Below are positions 24,910 through 35,637 of a stretch of 64,000 nucleotides of DNA, in pieces. Position 1 is the first letter of the stretch, and each line of letters begins with the position of its first letter. Origin of the DNA: Octopus vulgaris (taxonomy: Eukaryota); contig OX597824.1 of assembly GCA_951406725.2 (NCBI GenBank), positions 68,200,001 to 68,264,000 on the forward strand. Direction: 5' to 3'. The position numbers and the translations under genes are program-made. The notes beneath the pieces are model-generated. The model was not told the DNA's origin, ran no database searches, and saw nothing but the letters and a program-made list of their open reading frames with translations.

Positions 24910-25130
24910 TCTGTAGGAGCACTCCGTCGGTTACGACGATGAGGGTCCCAGCTGATACGATCAACGGAACAGCTTCCTCGTGTACTCCTAATGTAGTTCT
25001 CAGGGAGGTTCAGTGTGACACGGAGTGTGACAAGGCTGGCTCTTTGAAATACAGGTACAACTCATTTTTGCCAGCTGAGTGGACTGGAGCAATGTGAAAT
25101 AAAGTGTCTTGCTCAAGGACACAATGTGTC
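24910..25130 (-). mobile_element. CORE-type SINE family E (partial)
   Basis: Contains gagcaatgtgaaataaagtgtcttgctcaaggacac. Related copies at 31030-31310(-), 31620-31750(-) and 35120-35745(+). Confidence 0.65.
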
Positions 25131-25363
25131 TATTCCAGTCTGTTCCACAATATCTTCCTTTTTTTTAACCCGCTCAATACATTCACCTCTTGTTCTTTCT
25201 GTCCCACTCTAATTCTTTCTCTTCAGAGGGTCACCAAACTCGATCTGCCTTGCATAGCTTCTGAATAGCTTCTTACTGGAGTTCCAACAAAAACATCAAC
25301 TGAATTAAACTTCACTAAAGCAGTTTTTGTCACCATCCTTTCTCTCACTCCAGTCTAGGAGGG

Positions 25364-25924
25364 TGTAAAGGGAACTGGTTGCTTCTTTACACTTTTTGGG
25401 TGCAACTTGGGTGCAACACAATTTCCTTTCTTTTTGTTTCTAGAAACTACCAGTCAGGAACAAAACGCAATTTTAAAAATATATATGATTCTTTATTCTC
25501 TTATTCACAAATGAAGCACGTTGGTATATTGGTATCCACGTAGTTCAACACAGCAAGGCTGAATTTTAACGTTTGTAAGAATCTTACAACAATTCAGCAA
25601 CAACAGAGCAGGTCATTTCCTAAGTGTCTGGGACAGGAGAATAGGCTGATCACACGTTTAAAAATACGTCCTTTCTCTTCTATCGCCGTGTCTCAAGTCA
25701 ACGACGCTATTAATGAACGCGATAGAATTTCTTCCCCAGTCTCTAGCACATGTGCATGAGGGAACTTCCTTATGCCTTTCCAGAAGGTTCCAGAAGGTTC
25801 CAACCCTGCACACGCACACTGAAGAAGGACGTTCCGCACACGCACACTGAAGAATGACGTTGCGTGTGCGCACACCGGAATATGACGTCACTATAAGGGC
25901 ATAAAATAGACAAAATAACCTACA
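25364..25924 (-). mobile_element. Putative solo LTR
   Basis: TGTA...TACA termini, CpG-rich, internal short duplications, AATAAA on the minus strand near 25495, CRE TGACGTCA at 25883-25890. No clean TSD found. Confidence 0.45.
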
Positions 25925-26177
25925 TAGGTATTGCCATCACTCCCAGACTAATAAAATTTAGGCTTAGGGAGCCTTTATGTTGTTTCTCACTCTGCTAGAA
26001 GTAGCTACCAAATCTCCTTGAAATCAGTTGCTGATGGACTAGTCATGGCTGGAACATCTTTGCTCATAGCTTCAATGCATCAAAAGTGGTGGTTGTGATG
26101 ACGGTGGATAAATAAGAACAGTACTCCAAATGTTTTTTCTATGACAATCATTTGTTTTTGTTTTCTTTTTTTTTCAG

Positions 26178-26288
26178 AATGACTGGTTGAAGAAACTAAA
26201 TAAGGATCTGGAAGATAAAGCTGAATGTTCAGAACTTCAAATAAATTCTATCTCCAGAGAATATCGGGGTGTTCTCGAATTCAAAGAG
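26178..26288 (+). CDS. TRIP11: TRIP11 coding exon 3 (coiled coil)
   Basis: Long polypyrimidine tract then cAG; 111 nt encoding NDWLKKLNKDLEDKAECSELQINSISREYRGVLEFKE, similar to vertebrate [37 protein letters not shown]; donor GTAAAT; phase 0-0. Confidence 0.9.
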
Positions 26289-27283
26289 GTAAATACATTC
26301 ATATTCATACAAATCATTGGGTTTAAAGCCAATATAAATAGATTGTAGTGAATCTGATCTGTAAAGCTAACTTTTGAAAACAATGGACATTATTTACATT
26401 ATTTACATTTGATGAATATTTGTCCTCATCTTGTTTGTTGTTAACACATCGTTTCAGCTGATATACTCGCCAGCCTTCATCAGGTGTCTTGGGGAAATTT
26501 TGAACCTGGGTTCTCATTTCTAAAGTATTTTTCAATGTTATAATTATTATTGTTGTTATTATTCAGGTCCCTGCCTGGAATCAAACTCGGAATCTTGAGG
26601 TTAGTAGCCAGTGCTCTTAACCACTACGGCATATGCCCATGGGCAATTATGGAGTGAATTTTAGGGCTTATAAGTCTAATATTTTCTCATCCTTCCTTAA
26701 TACTGGTTCCCATTTGTTGTTCGTATTTGCACTCATTCTGCTTAGGAGGTTGTTGTGTTCTAGCATTTGTGCTGCTTCTTTTAGTTTTCATATTTTCCAG
26801 TGGTGTTCTCTATCTATTAACTTCATCCCACACAGGGAGATGGTCTCCATTTTTCCATGCATGATCAGCTATACCCAATTTATCAGTATCTCAGTTCTAT
26901 TTTTAAGAGATGAGGACTTATATACATGATTTACATTTGACGGATATTTGTCCTCATCTTGTTTGTTGTTAACACAATGTTTCGGTTGATATACCCTCCA
27001 GCCTTCATCAGGTGTCTTGGGGAAATTTCGAACCTGGGTTCTCATTCCTAAGGTATTTTTCGATGTTGTTGTTGTTTGTTTTTTTTTTTTTACCTTTTAC
27101 TTGTTTCTATCATTTCCTGGCACCCATACTGGAATATTGCCTTGAAGAATTTTACTTGAATGAATCAACCCCAGTACTAATTTTTTTTTTAAGCCTGGTA
27201 CTTATAGTTCTATATTTAAGAGATGAGGAATTATGTTCATTATTTACATTTGATGGATATTCGTCCTCATCTTGTTTGTTGTT

Positions 27284-27329
27284 AACACAACGTTTCAGCT
27301 GATATACCCTCCAGCCTTCATCAGGTGTC
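27284..27329 (-). ncRNA. Minimal type I hammerhead ribozyme in the Penelope pLTR
   Basis: gacac-CUGAUGA-aggcug(gaggguauau)cagcu-GAAAC-GUU-guguu with palindromic stem III AACGUU. Sibling copies at 26443-26488 and 26971-27016 carry point changes in stem III. Confidence 0.7.
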
Positions 27330-27933
27330 TTGGGGAAATTTCGAACCTAGGTTCTCATTCCTAAGGTATTTTTCGATGTTGTTGCTGCTGCTGTTGTTGT
27401 TGTTGTTCACAATGGAAAATGAAAAAGACAATCAGCTAGCATTCCTGGACATATTAATAACATGCACCAAGTATGGATTCAGGACATCCATATACTGCAA
27501 GCTTAAAACATAGAGCAAAGAATATAAGTAGCGATCGTGATACCCACCTCAAAGAAATTATCAAGCTCAGTAACAATTTATTAAGCAACAACTACCCCAA
27601 AAAACACACTATCTACTCCAATTATGAAGAAAAGTGAGGATGAAACCAATAAACTGTCTACAGTCTGTCTACCCTATGTGGTAGGTTATATAAAGGCGAA
27701 ACATGCTGCCCCCTCAAAATAAGAGTAGAGGAACATTGCAAAGCTGTGATACAAGGAGATTTTGATAAATCGGGTATAGCTGATCTTGTATGGACAAATG
27801 GAGACCACCTCCCCCTGTAGGATGAAGTTAAAATAATAGACAAAGAACACTACTAGAAAATATGAAAACTAAAAGGAAGGATCGGAAAATATTAGATTTA
27901 TAAGCCCTAAAATTCACTCCATAATTGCCCACA

Positions 27934-28005
27934 GGCATATGGCATAGTGGTTAAGACCACGGGCTACTAACCCCAAGATTCTGAGTTCGATTCCAGGCAG
28001 TGACC
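27934..28005 (+). other. tRNA-like Pol III cassette inside the Penelope 3' region
   Basis: A-box TGGCATAGTGG, stem-loop gggctactaacccc and B-box GAGTTCGATTCC. The same cassette with the same flanks recurs at ~26565-26638(-). The acceptor stem is imperfect, so it is not called a tRNA gene. Confidence 0.6.
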
Positions 28006-28025
28006 TGAATAACAACAACAACAAC

Positions 28026-28056
<31 letters not shown>

Positions 28057-28532
28057 TTGAAAAATACCTCAGGAATGAGGACCCAGGTTCGAAATTTCCC
28101 CAAGAGGGTATATCAGCTGAAACGTGTTAACAACAAACAAGATGAGGACAAATATCCATCAAATGTAAATAATGTTATCAATATCTCTTCGTATCAAAGC
28201 TTTGCAGTGTTTGTCTACCTTTATTTTGAGGGGGCGGTATGTTTTGCCTTTGCCTAACCTACCACAGCTGCATGTGTCCGGTTGCTCTTGAGTGCTACTG
28301 GTAACATATAATCCAGTACAACCTGTCGCATGGTCAGGTCGTTGGCAACTAAACTTACTTGGTGAGGAGGGTGTTGTTGGACACCCTGCGGGATGAAAAA
28401 TAAGATCTGTCAAAGGGCAGAAGAACTCCTGAATAGTCAACGGCCATCCAACAAAATGCCTGTAAATATGTATATACCATTTTTTTTAAAAATGTGTATA
28501 TGTATATTTTTACTCTTTCTCTCTTTACTCTT

Positions 28533-28593
<61 letters not shown>

Positions 28594-28764
28594 ATGTCTT
28601 TTAATTGCATACCTTTTACTTATTTTTATACAATATTATTTATATGTAATTCGTATTCACACATTGCACCTTTTTTTCTTTATTTTTTTATTTTATTTTT
28701 CATTTGTATTTTTTTGCATGTATATATATGTGTGTATTTTTACTTTTATATATATATATATACT

Positions 28765-29890
28765 TAGAGCCCGAATCCTGAAAACATGGCTAACAGGGCT
28801 CTGGTATTGCGAGTCCCCAATGGTGGATCTGTTCCTAGTGTAGGTGGATGAGGGCGATGCCATGCAAGCTGGCTATAAAGGCGTACTACGATAAACCGGA
28901 GTTCCGGCAGCTTGCTGCAGGAAACCTGCGAACAGGACCAGACGGCGCATAGGATCTTATCCACCAACTCTGGCAGCTTGCTGCAGCAGAAGACAAAGGT
29001 CAATCGTCTCGAGACTCCTCTTGCTATTGAACCCCCCTCACCTTCTGTCAAGTGCGTGCAGCTGAGAACTGTGCATCCTCTCTGGCACCTTAAACTTTTC
29101 AAAGCATAAGCTTCACCTTTCATCCTTCATTCTCTTTCATCCTTTCTGCAAGTCCTGTGGCAATGGGACCATCTGACGATGGGGGCAGACTAGGATGTAG
29201 TTGGAAACCTCTAGTTGGAGTATTGCACATAGGCGGCATGAGTAAGATAGTCGTTGTTGGATGAACCCATGGATGAACATTCACCTCGGTCCTGCTTGTG
29301 TGTCCAGGCAACCCTTTTCAGGGATAACACTGCCTGCCCCACATGGGGAAGGGCCGAGAAAATGTGGCTCAGAAAAAGCTTGTCCTCACTTGCTCGACTG
29401 GGTAACCGCTCCCAGTGAGTCATCCCCAAACATGTGGTCAAAACCAAGCATCAAAATTGAAAAAGAAAAAGAAACCTTCAAACCTCATCCTTGTGTGTTG
29501 GAATGTTCGCACTCTCCTTGATGATGTTTCACATGATGAGCTGGACACTCGATGACCTTCACGATGCACTGCTGTTGCAGCCACTGAACTCAAGTGCTAC
29601 AATGTCGACATTATTGCACTCAGTGAGACTCGTTTCTCCAATGAGGTTTCCCTCATTGAAGAAGCTGGTGAATACACCTTCTTCTGGAAAGGACATCCCT
29701 CCGGAATGCCCCATTTACGTGGAGTTGGTTTCACAATCAAGAACAGCCTATTGCAGAAAACTCCTGGAGTACCCTCCTGTAGCAGCGAGTGCCTGATGAC
29801 AATCAAAATTCCACTTTCAAACAAATGTTTTCTGACAATTCTCAGCATTTATTGACCAACTCTCAACTCTGATGAAAATGGGGAAAATGC
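28765..29890 (+). mobile_element. RTE (BovB-like) LINE 5' portion: 5' UTR plus AP-endonuclease remnant
   Basis: Motifs CWNVRTLLD, YNVDIIALSETR, YTFFWKG and GVGFTIKN are typical of RTE APE domains. Confidence 0.85.
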
Positions 29891-32874
29891 CTTGCAGTAT
29901 AATTACAATCTGACGCTGTTGTCACATAAAAAGTGCCCAGTGACTCTGTAAATTGGTTGGCATTAAGAAGATTAAACAGCCATGGAAACTAGGCTGCAGC
30001 AGGCACAGTCCTCTAGCTCACAAGCTCCTAGTTAAACTGTCTAACATATGCCAGTTTGAAAAATGGGATGTTAAATGGTGAGGATATTGATGCTAACGAT
30101 GATCTGAACGGTCTGTGTTCAAATCCTACTGAAATCAGTTATGTCATAAAACATCAGTCATGTACTGACATTGATGTAATTGACAGTTGCTGAATTTCTG
30201 ATCTTGTGCTAATGATAGAAATTAGTAACCTTTATGAGGCATTCCTACTTATTAATAGCCGTTGTAACTTACTCAGTGACCTCACTAGTGCCTGTGGCAC
30301 AGGAAAAAAAACACCCACTACGCATTGTAAGCTGGTTGGCATTAGTAGGAGTATCCAACTGTTGAAAACATGCCAAAGATGACACTGGAGCTTGGCACAG
30401 TCCTACAGCTTGTCAGATCCTGCCACACTGACCAACCCGTGCCAGCATGGAAAAACGGATGTTAACTGATGACCATCATGATGAAGGACAAAATGTTGCT
30501 TTATATTGTATAGAGAGGGGCTGGAGAGAGAGAGAAAGAAAGAAATATTGAGGAAGTTAACATAAGAACTGCAGGATGAGTGCATATACTAGGCTTGGTT
30601 GCAGGCAATGAGTAAAGGACTGCTATACACACACACACACACACACACATAGCAAAAAAAATGAATTGCAAACAGAGGAGCAGGAGAGGAGCTAAATCAC
30701 AGAACAATGCATATTTTTCTTTTGAAAATTAGTATTCATTTCATTATTTTGTATAAGCACCAAAAATTTGATAAAAGTCAAGTCATAATTTCTATCATCT
30801 AAGATTATTGTAGTTATCTCCCTTGGTTGCTGTTTTTTTTTTAATCCACTTATCACATAGATAATCCCAGTTGATCAAGTTCTTCGATTCACGATATTGC
30901 ATACGTGACGCACTGTCATATTTGTGTTTATTATACTGGAAACTCTTGTGTCCAAGCTGTCAAAACTAAAACCACAGTATTGTGGCATCATTATTAGAAC
31001 TGGTACTTTCTCAGTTTCAACAATGTGTATTCCAGTTGATCCAATCATTGGAACAGGCTGCAAGTGATATTAATGTGCAAATACCTGAGCACTCCACAGA
31101 TAGATGTACCCTTAATGTTCTCAGGGAAATTCAGTGTGACACATTGGGACCAGGCTGGCTCTTTGAAATACTATTCATTTTTGCCAGCTGAGTGAACTGC
31201 AGCAACATGAAATAAAGTGTCTTGATCAAGGACACAATGTGTTGCTGAGTATCGCACTCATGACCTTGTGATTGAGAGCTGAATACTCTATCCATTGAGT
31301 TATGTTTCTTCACAGGTATCATAATTACTAGTCATTTAAATATAGTAAGGTGCATATGTAGCTGTGTTCTGAGTTCAAATTCTGCCGAGGTCGACTTTGC
31401 CTTTCATCCTTTCGGGGTCAATAAATTAAGTACCAGTTACGCACTGGGGTCGATGTGATCAACATAATCCCTTTGTCTGTCCCCTCTATGTTAAGCCCCT
31501 TGTGGGCAATAAAGAAATAAGAAGTTTATTTCCTAACCACTTGGTTCTGGGTTTAATCCCACTGTGTGGCACTGAGGATCCTTGGGCAAGTATTTTCTTC
31601 TATAGCTCCAGGCTGACTCATTTTTGCCAGCTGAGTGGACTGGAGCAATGTGAAATAAAGTAACTTGCTCAAGGACACGTGCTGCTGAGTAATGAACTCA
31701 TGAACTTACAATTACGAGCCGAGTATTGTAACCACTAAGCCACGTGCCTTCTCAGGTATTATTATTATTAGTCATTTAATATAATATGTGGCTGTGTGGT
31801 AAGAACTTTGCTTCTTAAACATATGGTTCTGGGTTCACTCCTGCTGTACAGCACTTAGGTTCCTTGGGTAAGTATCTTCTGCTGTAGCTCCAGGTTGACC
31901 AAATCCGTCTGAAACAAGCTTGTCGTACATGTGTGTGGTTGCTTTGACATCACCTGATAGCTGTAAATGAATATCTCTGTCATGCAAACAGTGTCCTTCC
32001 CAATCTTCCATGAAAACATGTCTGGTCATGAGAAAATATTATCTTACTCAGAAACAGTTGAGGATTGACAACAATAGGGAATCTGATTGTAAAAAACCCA
32101 CCTCAATGAAATTCGATCCAACTCATGCAGGCATAGAAAAACGGAAGTAAAAAGAAAAATGAAAAAATAAAAAAAAAACGTTTACTGATATTGATTTTGT
32201 TTACTTCATTGTTATTAGTTTTGCTTCAGTTAAAATATTTGACTTTTCTGTGCTAATTATTGATATTTTAAAATATCTATTGATATTTTTGTTATATTCC
32301 TTGATGTCCTTATATATTTATAAGATTTGCTTACATTGCAATTATACGCTTATTCTGTACATTGATGACCTGATATCTGTTACATGAGAATGCTATTTTA
32401 AGGTGAAGTATCGCTATCACTCACCATGTCTTAAATGTATGATGAGACATTTTGATAGTAAATAAAATATATATTTTTTTATCTTTTACTTCTTTCAGTC
32501 ATTAGACTACAGCCATGCTGGGGCACCGCCTTGAATTTTTAGTCAAATGAATCAACACCAGAACTTTTTTTTTTTAAGTCTGGTATTTATGCTATTGGTC
32601 ACTGTTAAGTTACTAGGGAAATAAACACACCAACATCGGTTGTCAAGCAGTGATGGGGTGACAAACACAGACAAAGATACACAAATGTAGATATATTCAT
32701 ATATATGTTCAACAGGCTTCTTTCAGTTTCTTTCTGCCAAATCCACTCACAAGGCTTTGGTCTGCCCAGGGTTATAGTAGAAGACACTTGCCCAAGGTGC
32801 CATGCAGTAGGACCGAACCTGGAACCATGTGGTTAGGAAGCAAGCTTCTTGCCACTCAGCCACTCCTGCACTTC

Positions 32875-33100
32875 ATAAAGATTGATAAAATAGACAAATT
32901 TGATTATAAATATTCGACGATCACGTTACACACCTTACTTCCAAACACTACTTTAAACAGTGGAAGTGAGCTAGAACATTAAAACTTCGTGCACATGCAC
33001 AGCAGATTTCAAGGTCAATCTTTGCCCAGTGGCTTCACTGTGCATGCTTTAGCTTTTTTACTATGGCAACAGTCCGGATATTTATTGAGCAAACCTTGTA
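32875..33100 (-). mobile_element. Tc1/mariner terminal remnant
   Basis: The minus strand begins TA-CAAGGTTTGCTCAATAAATATCCGGACTG, a mariner-like TIR next to TA. Confidence 0.4.
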
Positions 33101-33502
33101 TATATCTGCATATGTGTGTGTGTGTACGTATAGATGTATATAAATATTTCGGTTTGTGTATCTGTATTTGTGTCTCTTTGTCTTGACACCACGTGATAAT
33201 TATGAGTGTCACTGTCATACCATGCAAAGAGGGAAATATTGTTTTACTTGGAAACAGGTGGGGGTCGGTGACAGCAGGGGCATCTAGTCATAGAAAATAT
33301 GCCACAATAAACTCCGTCCCACCCATGCAAACATGGAAAAATGGATGTTAAAATGACAATGATAATGATAATGATGTACCCAAAATAAGTTATCTCAGTC
33401 ATGCTGCAAAGTTAATTCTAAAACCCGTACATCTCCTCCCCTATATATGTGCAGGGTTGTGATAAAGTAAGAAATCTGTATTTTTTCCAATTTGATTTTC
33501 AG

Positions 33503-33635
33503 AAGGAAAACCAGCTGCTGAAGCAACAGAACCATGAACTCCAAGAGGCCCATATCAACTCTGTTGTATCTAAAGACCAAAAATCGCCTCCATTAGAATC
33601 TTCATTTTATTCAGATTCTTCAAATAGGAATTCTG
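33503..33635 (+). CDS. TRIP11: TRIP11 coding exon 4
   Basis: Acceptor gattttcAG; KENQLLKQQNHELQEAHINSVVSKDQKSPPLESSFYSDSSNRNS+G; canonical donor GTAAGT. Phase 0 in, phase 1 out, links exon 3 to exon 5 in frame. Confidence 0.82.
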
Positions 33636-35313
33636 GTAAGTTGGTGCAACATCGAGGTTTTCTTGTCTTTTCCTACTAATATTTTTCTTCCAGTTGTATT
33701 TAATTTTATTCACCTTGGTTATGTTTTAGTTTTAATAGTTTATAATTATGTACTATAAAGTGCTGGTAGCACAAAAGAAAAAAAGCACCCAGTACATGCT
33801 GTAATGCAGCTGGCATTAAGAAGGGCATCTAGCCATAAACTGCTATGCTACAGTTCCAGTAGCATAGCAGTCCTTTTTACTAAGAGATGGGTTTACTATC
33901 TCCCTGTAGCCCCCTTCTTCATTTCTGGAGAAAGGGCTGTTGTGTGTAGTTCTCCATGACCCTTTTCATAGCTAAATCTGATTGATGATGATGATATACG
34001 AGGTGGGGGAATTCTGTAAAATTCCTTGTTTTAAGGGTATCATGAAAGACCTTGTTGGATGCCCAACCTTCTGAGTTCTTTTACAGGGCTTAGGAAAACT
34101 GAAGGACTATTGCAATAAGTGTGTGAATCTGAGAGGGGAATATATTGGATAAAATCATAATTGATCCTCCTGTATTTTCTTTTACTCAATGTCAGAAACT
34201 GTCCAACAGGGGACATGGATCTCAAATGATGATGATGATAAAACAGCCATGCATATCCAACCTGTTCTCTGACAGTACTATTCAGATGCATCTATGTTTG
34301 AAAGTATGCAGTAGTTCATTATCATTTCGGTCAATCTCACCTAGGGTATCTTGCTCTAAAAACTGTCGAGTTAAGAAGTAATGAATGAGGACTGTGCTTG
34401 CAACCAGTCTGGGAGAACAGTAACACTAAACAAATACACATAATACAGAATGGAGAGGACTCTTTAGTCCTGCTGTATGCATCCTCTCTAGTCGCATGAT
34501 AAAATGCACTCAGGTCTTGTCATGAAGTGTTTGTTGACAGGAAGAAACTGCAGCAAAAAACATGATACACACCACAAAATTGACTTTTTTTCTCTCTGTT
34601 GCTGTGTGTGTAGAAATCAATAGCTAACAACGCTATGACTCACAAATGCATGCAATGAATTAAAAAATTAAAAGTTTGCTGTGATTTAGCTTTGGTTGAG
34701 AAAACAGGGTATTTGTATTGCAAAATCACAACTATACTATCAGAGAAAATGTCTTGCCAGTCCAGTTTTTTAGACTGTAATAAGTAGTGTGATGTTGCGA
34801 GTCCTGTCGATCTCTTTTCAGTATTTGAAAAACAGGCACAAAATATTGAAATGAAGATGATGATGATATTGTATAAATGCTAAATTTAGTTATCTTTCTA
34901 CTCCCTTAGCCCTCGTGTCATATGTTCTGAGTAATATAAACCTTTCCTTTCATAAGTCTCAAATTACTCTGGTTGTTGGAAAAAAAAATTGGGAATGTGT
35001 ATTATGTGTTATACATAGACATCAGGGAAATACGTCCTGTGAATCACATATTATACATAGGACAGGCAAAGGTTTAAATATACTATATTTGACAAATAGA
35101 TAAATAAATGAGTAAATAAATAAAATGCCTGGTAAGATCATGAGTTCAATATCTAGCAGCACGTTTTGTCCTTGAACAAGACATTTTATCTTTACGTTGC
35201 TCCAGTCCACCCAGCTGACAAAAATGACTTGTGCTGGTAATTCAAAGAGCCAGCCTTGTCATATTCTGTGTCATCCTGAATCTTCCCAAGAACTACATCA
35301 AGGGTATGTGTGT

Positions 35314-35637
35314 GAAGGCGCATGGCTCAGTGGTTAGAGTGTCAAGCTTACGATTGTGAGGTTGTGAGTTCGATTCCCGGACCGAACTGCGTGTTGTGTT
35401 CTTTATTTCATGTTGCTCCAGTTAACTCAGCTGTAGAAATGAGTTGCGACATCACTGGTGCCAAGCTGTATCAGCCTTTGCCTTTCTTTTGGATAACATC
35501 AATGGTGTGGAGAGAGGAGGCTGGTATGCATGGGCAACTGCTGGCCTTCCATAAACAACCTTGCCTGGACTTGTACCTCGGAGGGTAACTTTCTAGGTGC
35601 AATCCCATGGTCATTCATGACCGAAGGGGGTCTCCCT
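35314..35637 (+). mobile_element. Young tRNA-derived SINE (family D) nested in a family E SINE, 14-bp TSD
   Basis: tRNA head GGCGCATGGCTCAGTGGTTAGAG...GAGTTCGATTCCC; TSD aagggtatgtgtgt at 35300-35313 and 35638-35651. Other copies at 36160-36488(-) and 55280-55615(-). Confidence 0.9.

Larger units (their letters stand above)
26388..28270. mobile_element. Penelope-like element cluster: RT/GIY-YIG remnants with direct and inverted pseudo-LTRs
   Basis: The + strand at ~27405-27880 encodes FTMENEKDNQLAFLDILI...SIYCK (PLE RT) and YKGETCCPLKIRVEEHCKAV...SGIAD (GIY-YIG). The pLTR is repeated at ~26388(-), ~26900(-), ~27215(-) and ~28055(+). Confidence 0.85.

Noticed and set aside
35317-35390. tRNA-like sequences at SINE heads and in the Penelope repeat
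   Set aside because: Imperfect acceptor stems and continuity with repeat bodies; not functional tRNA genes.
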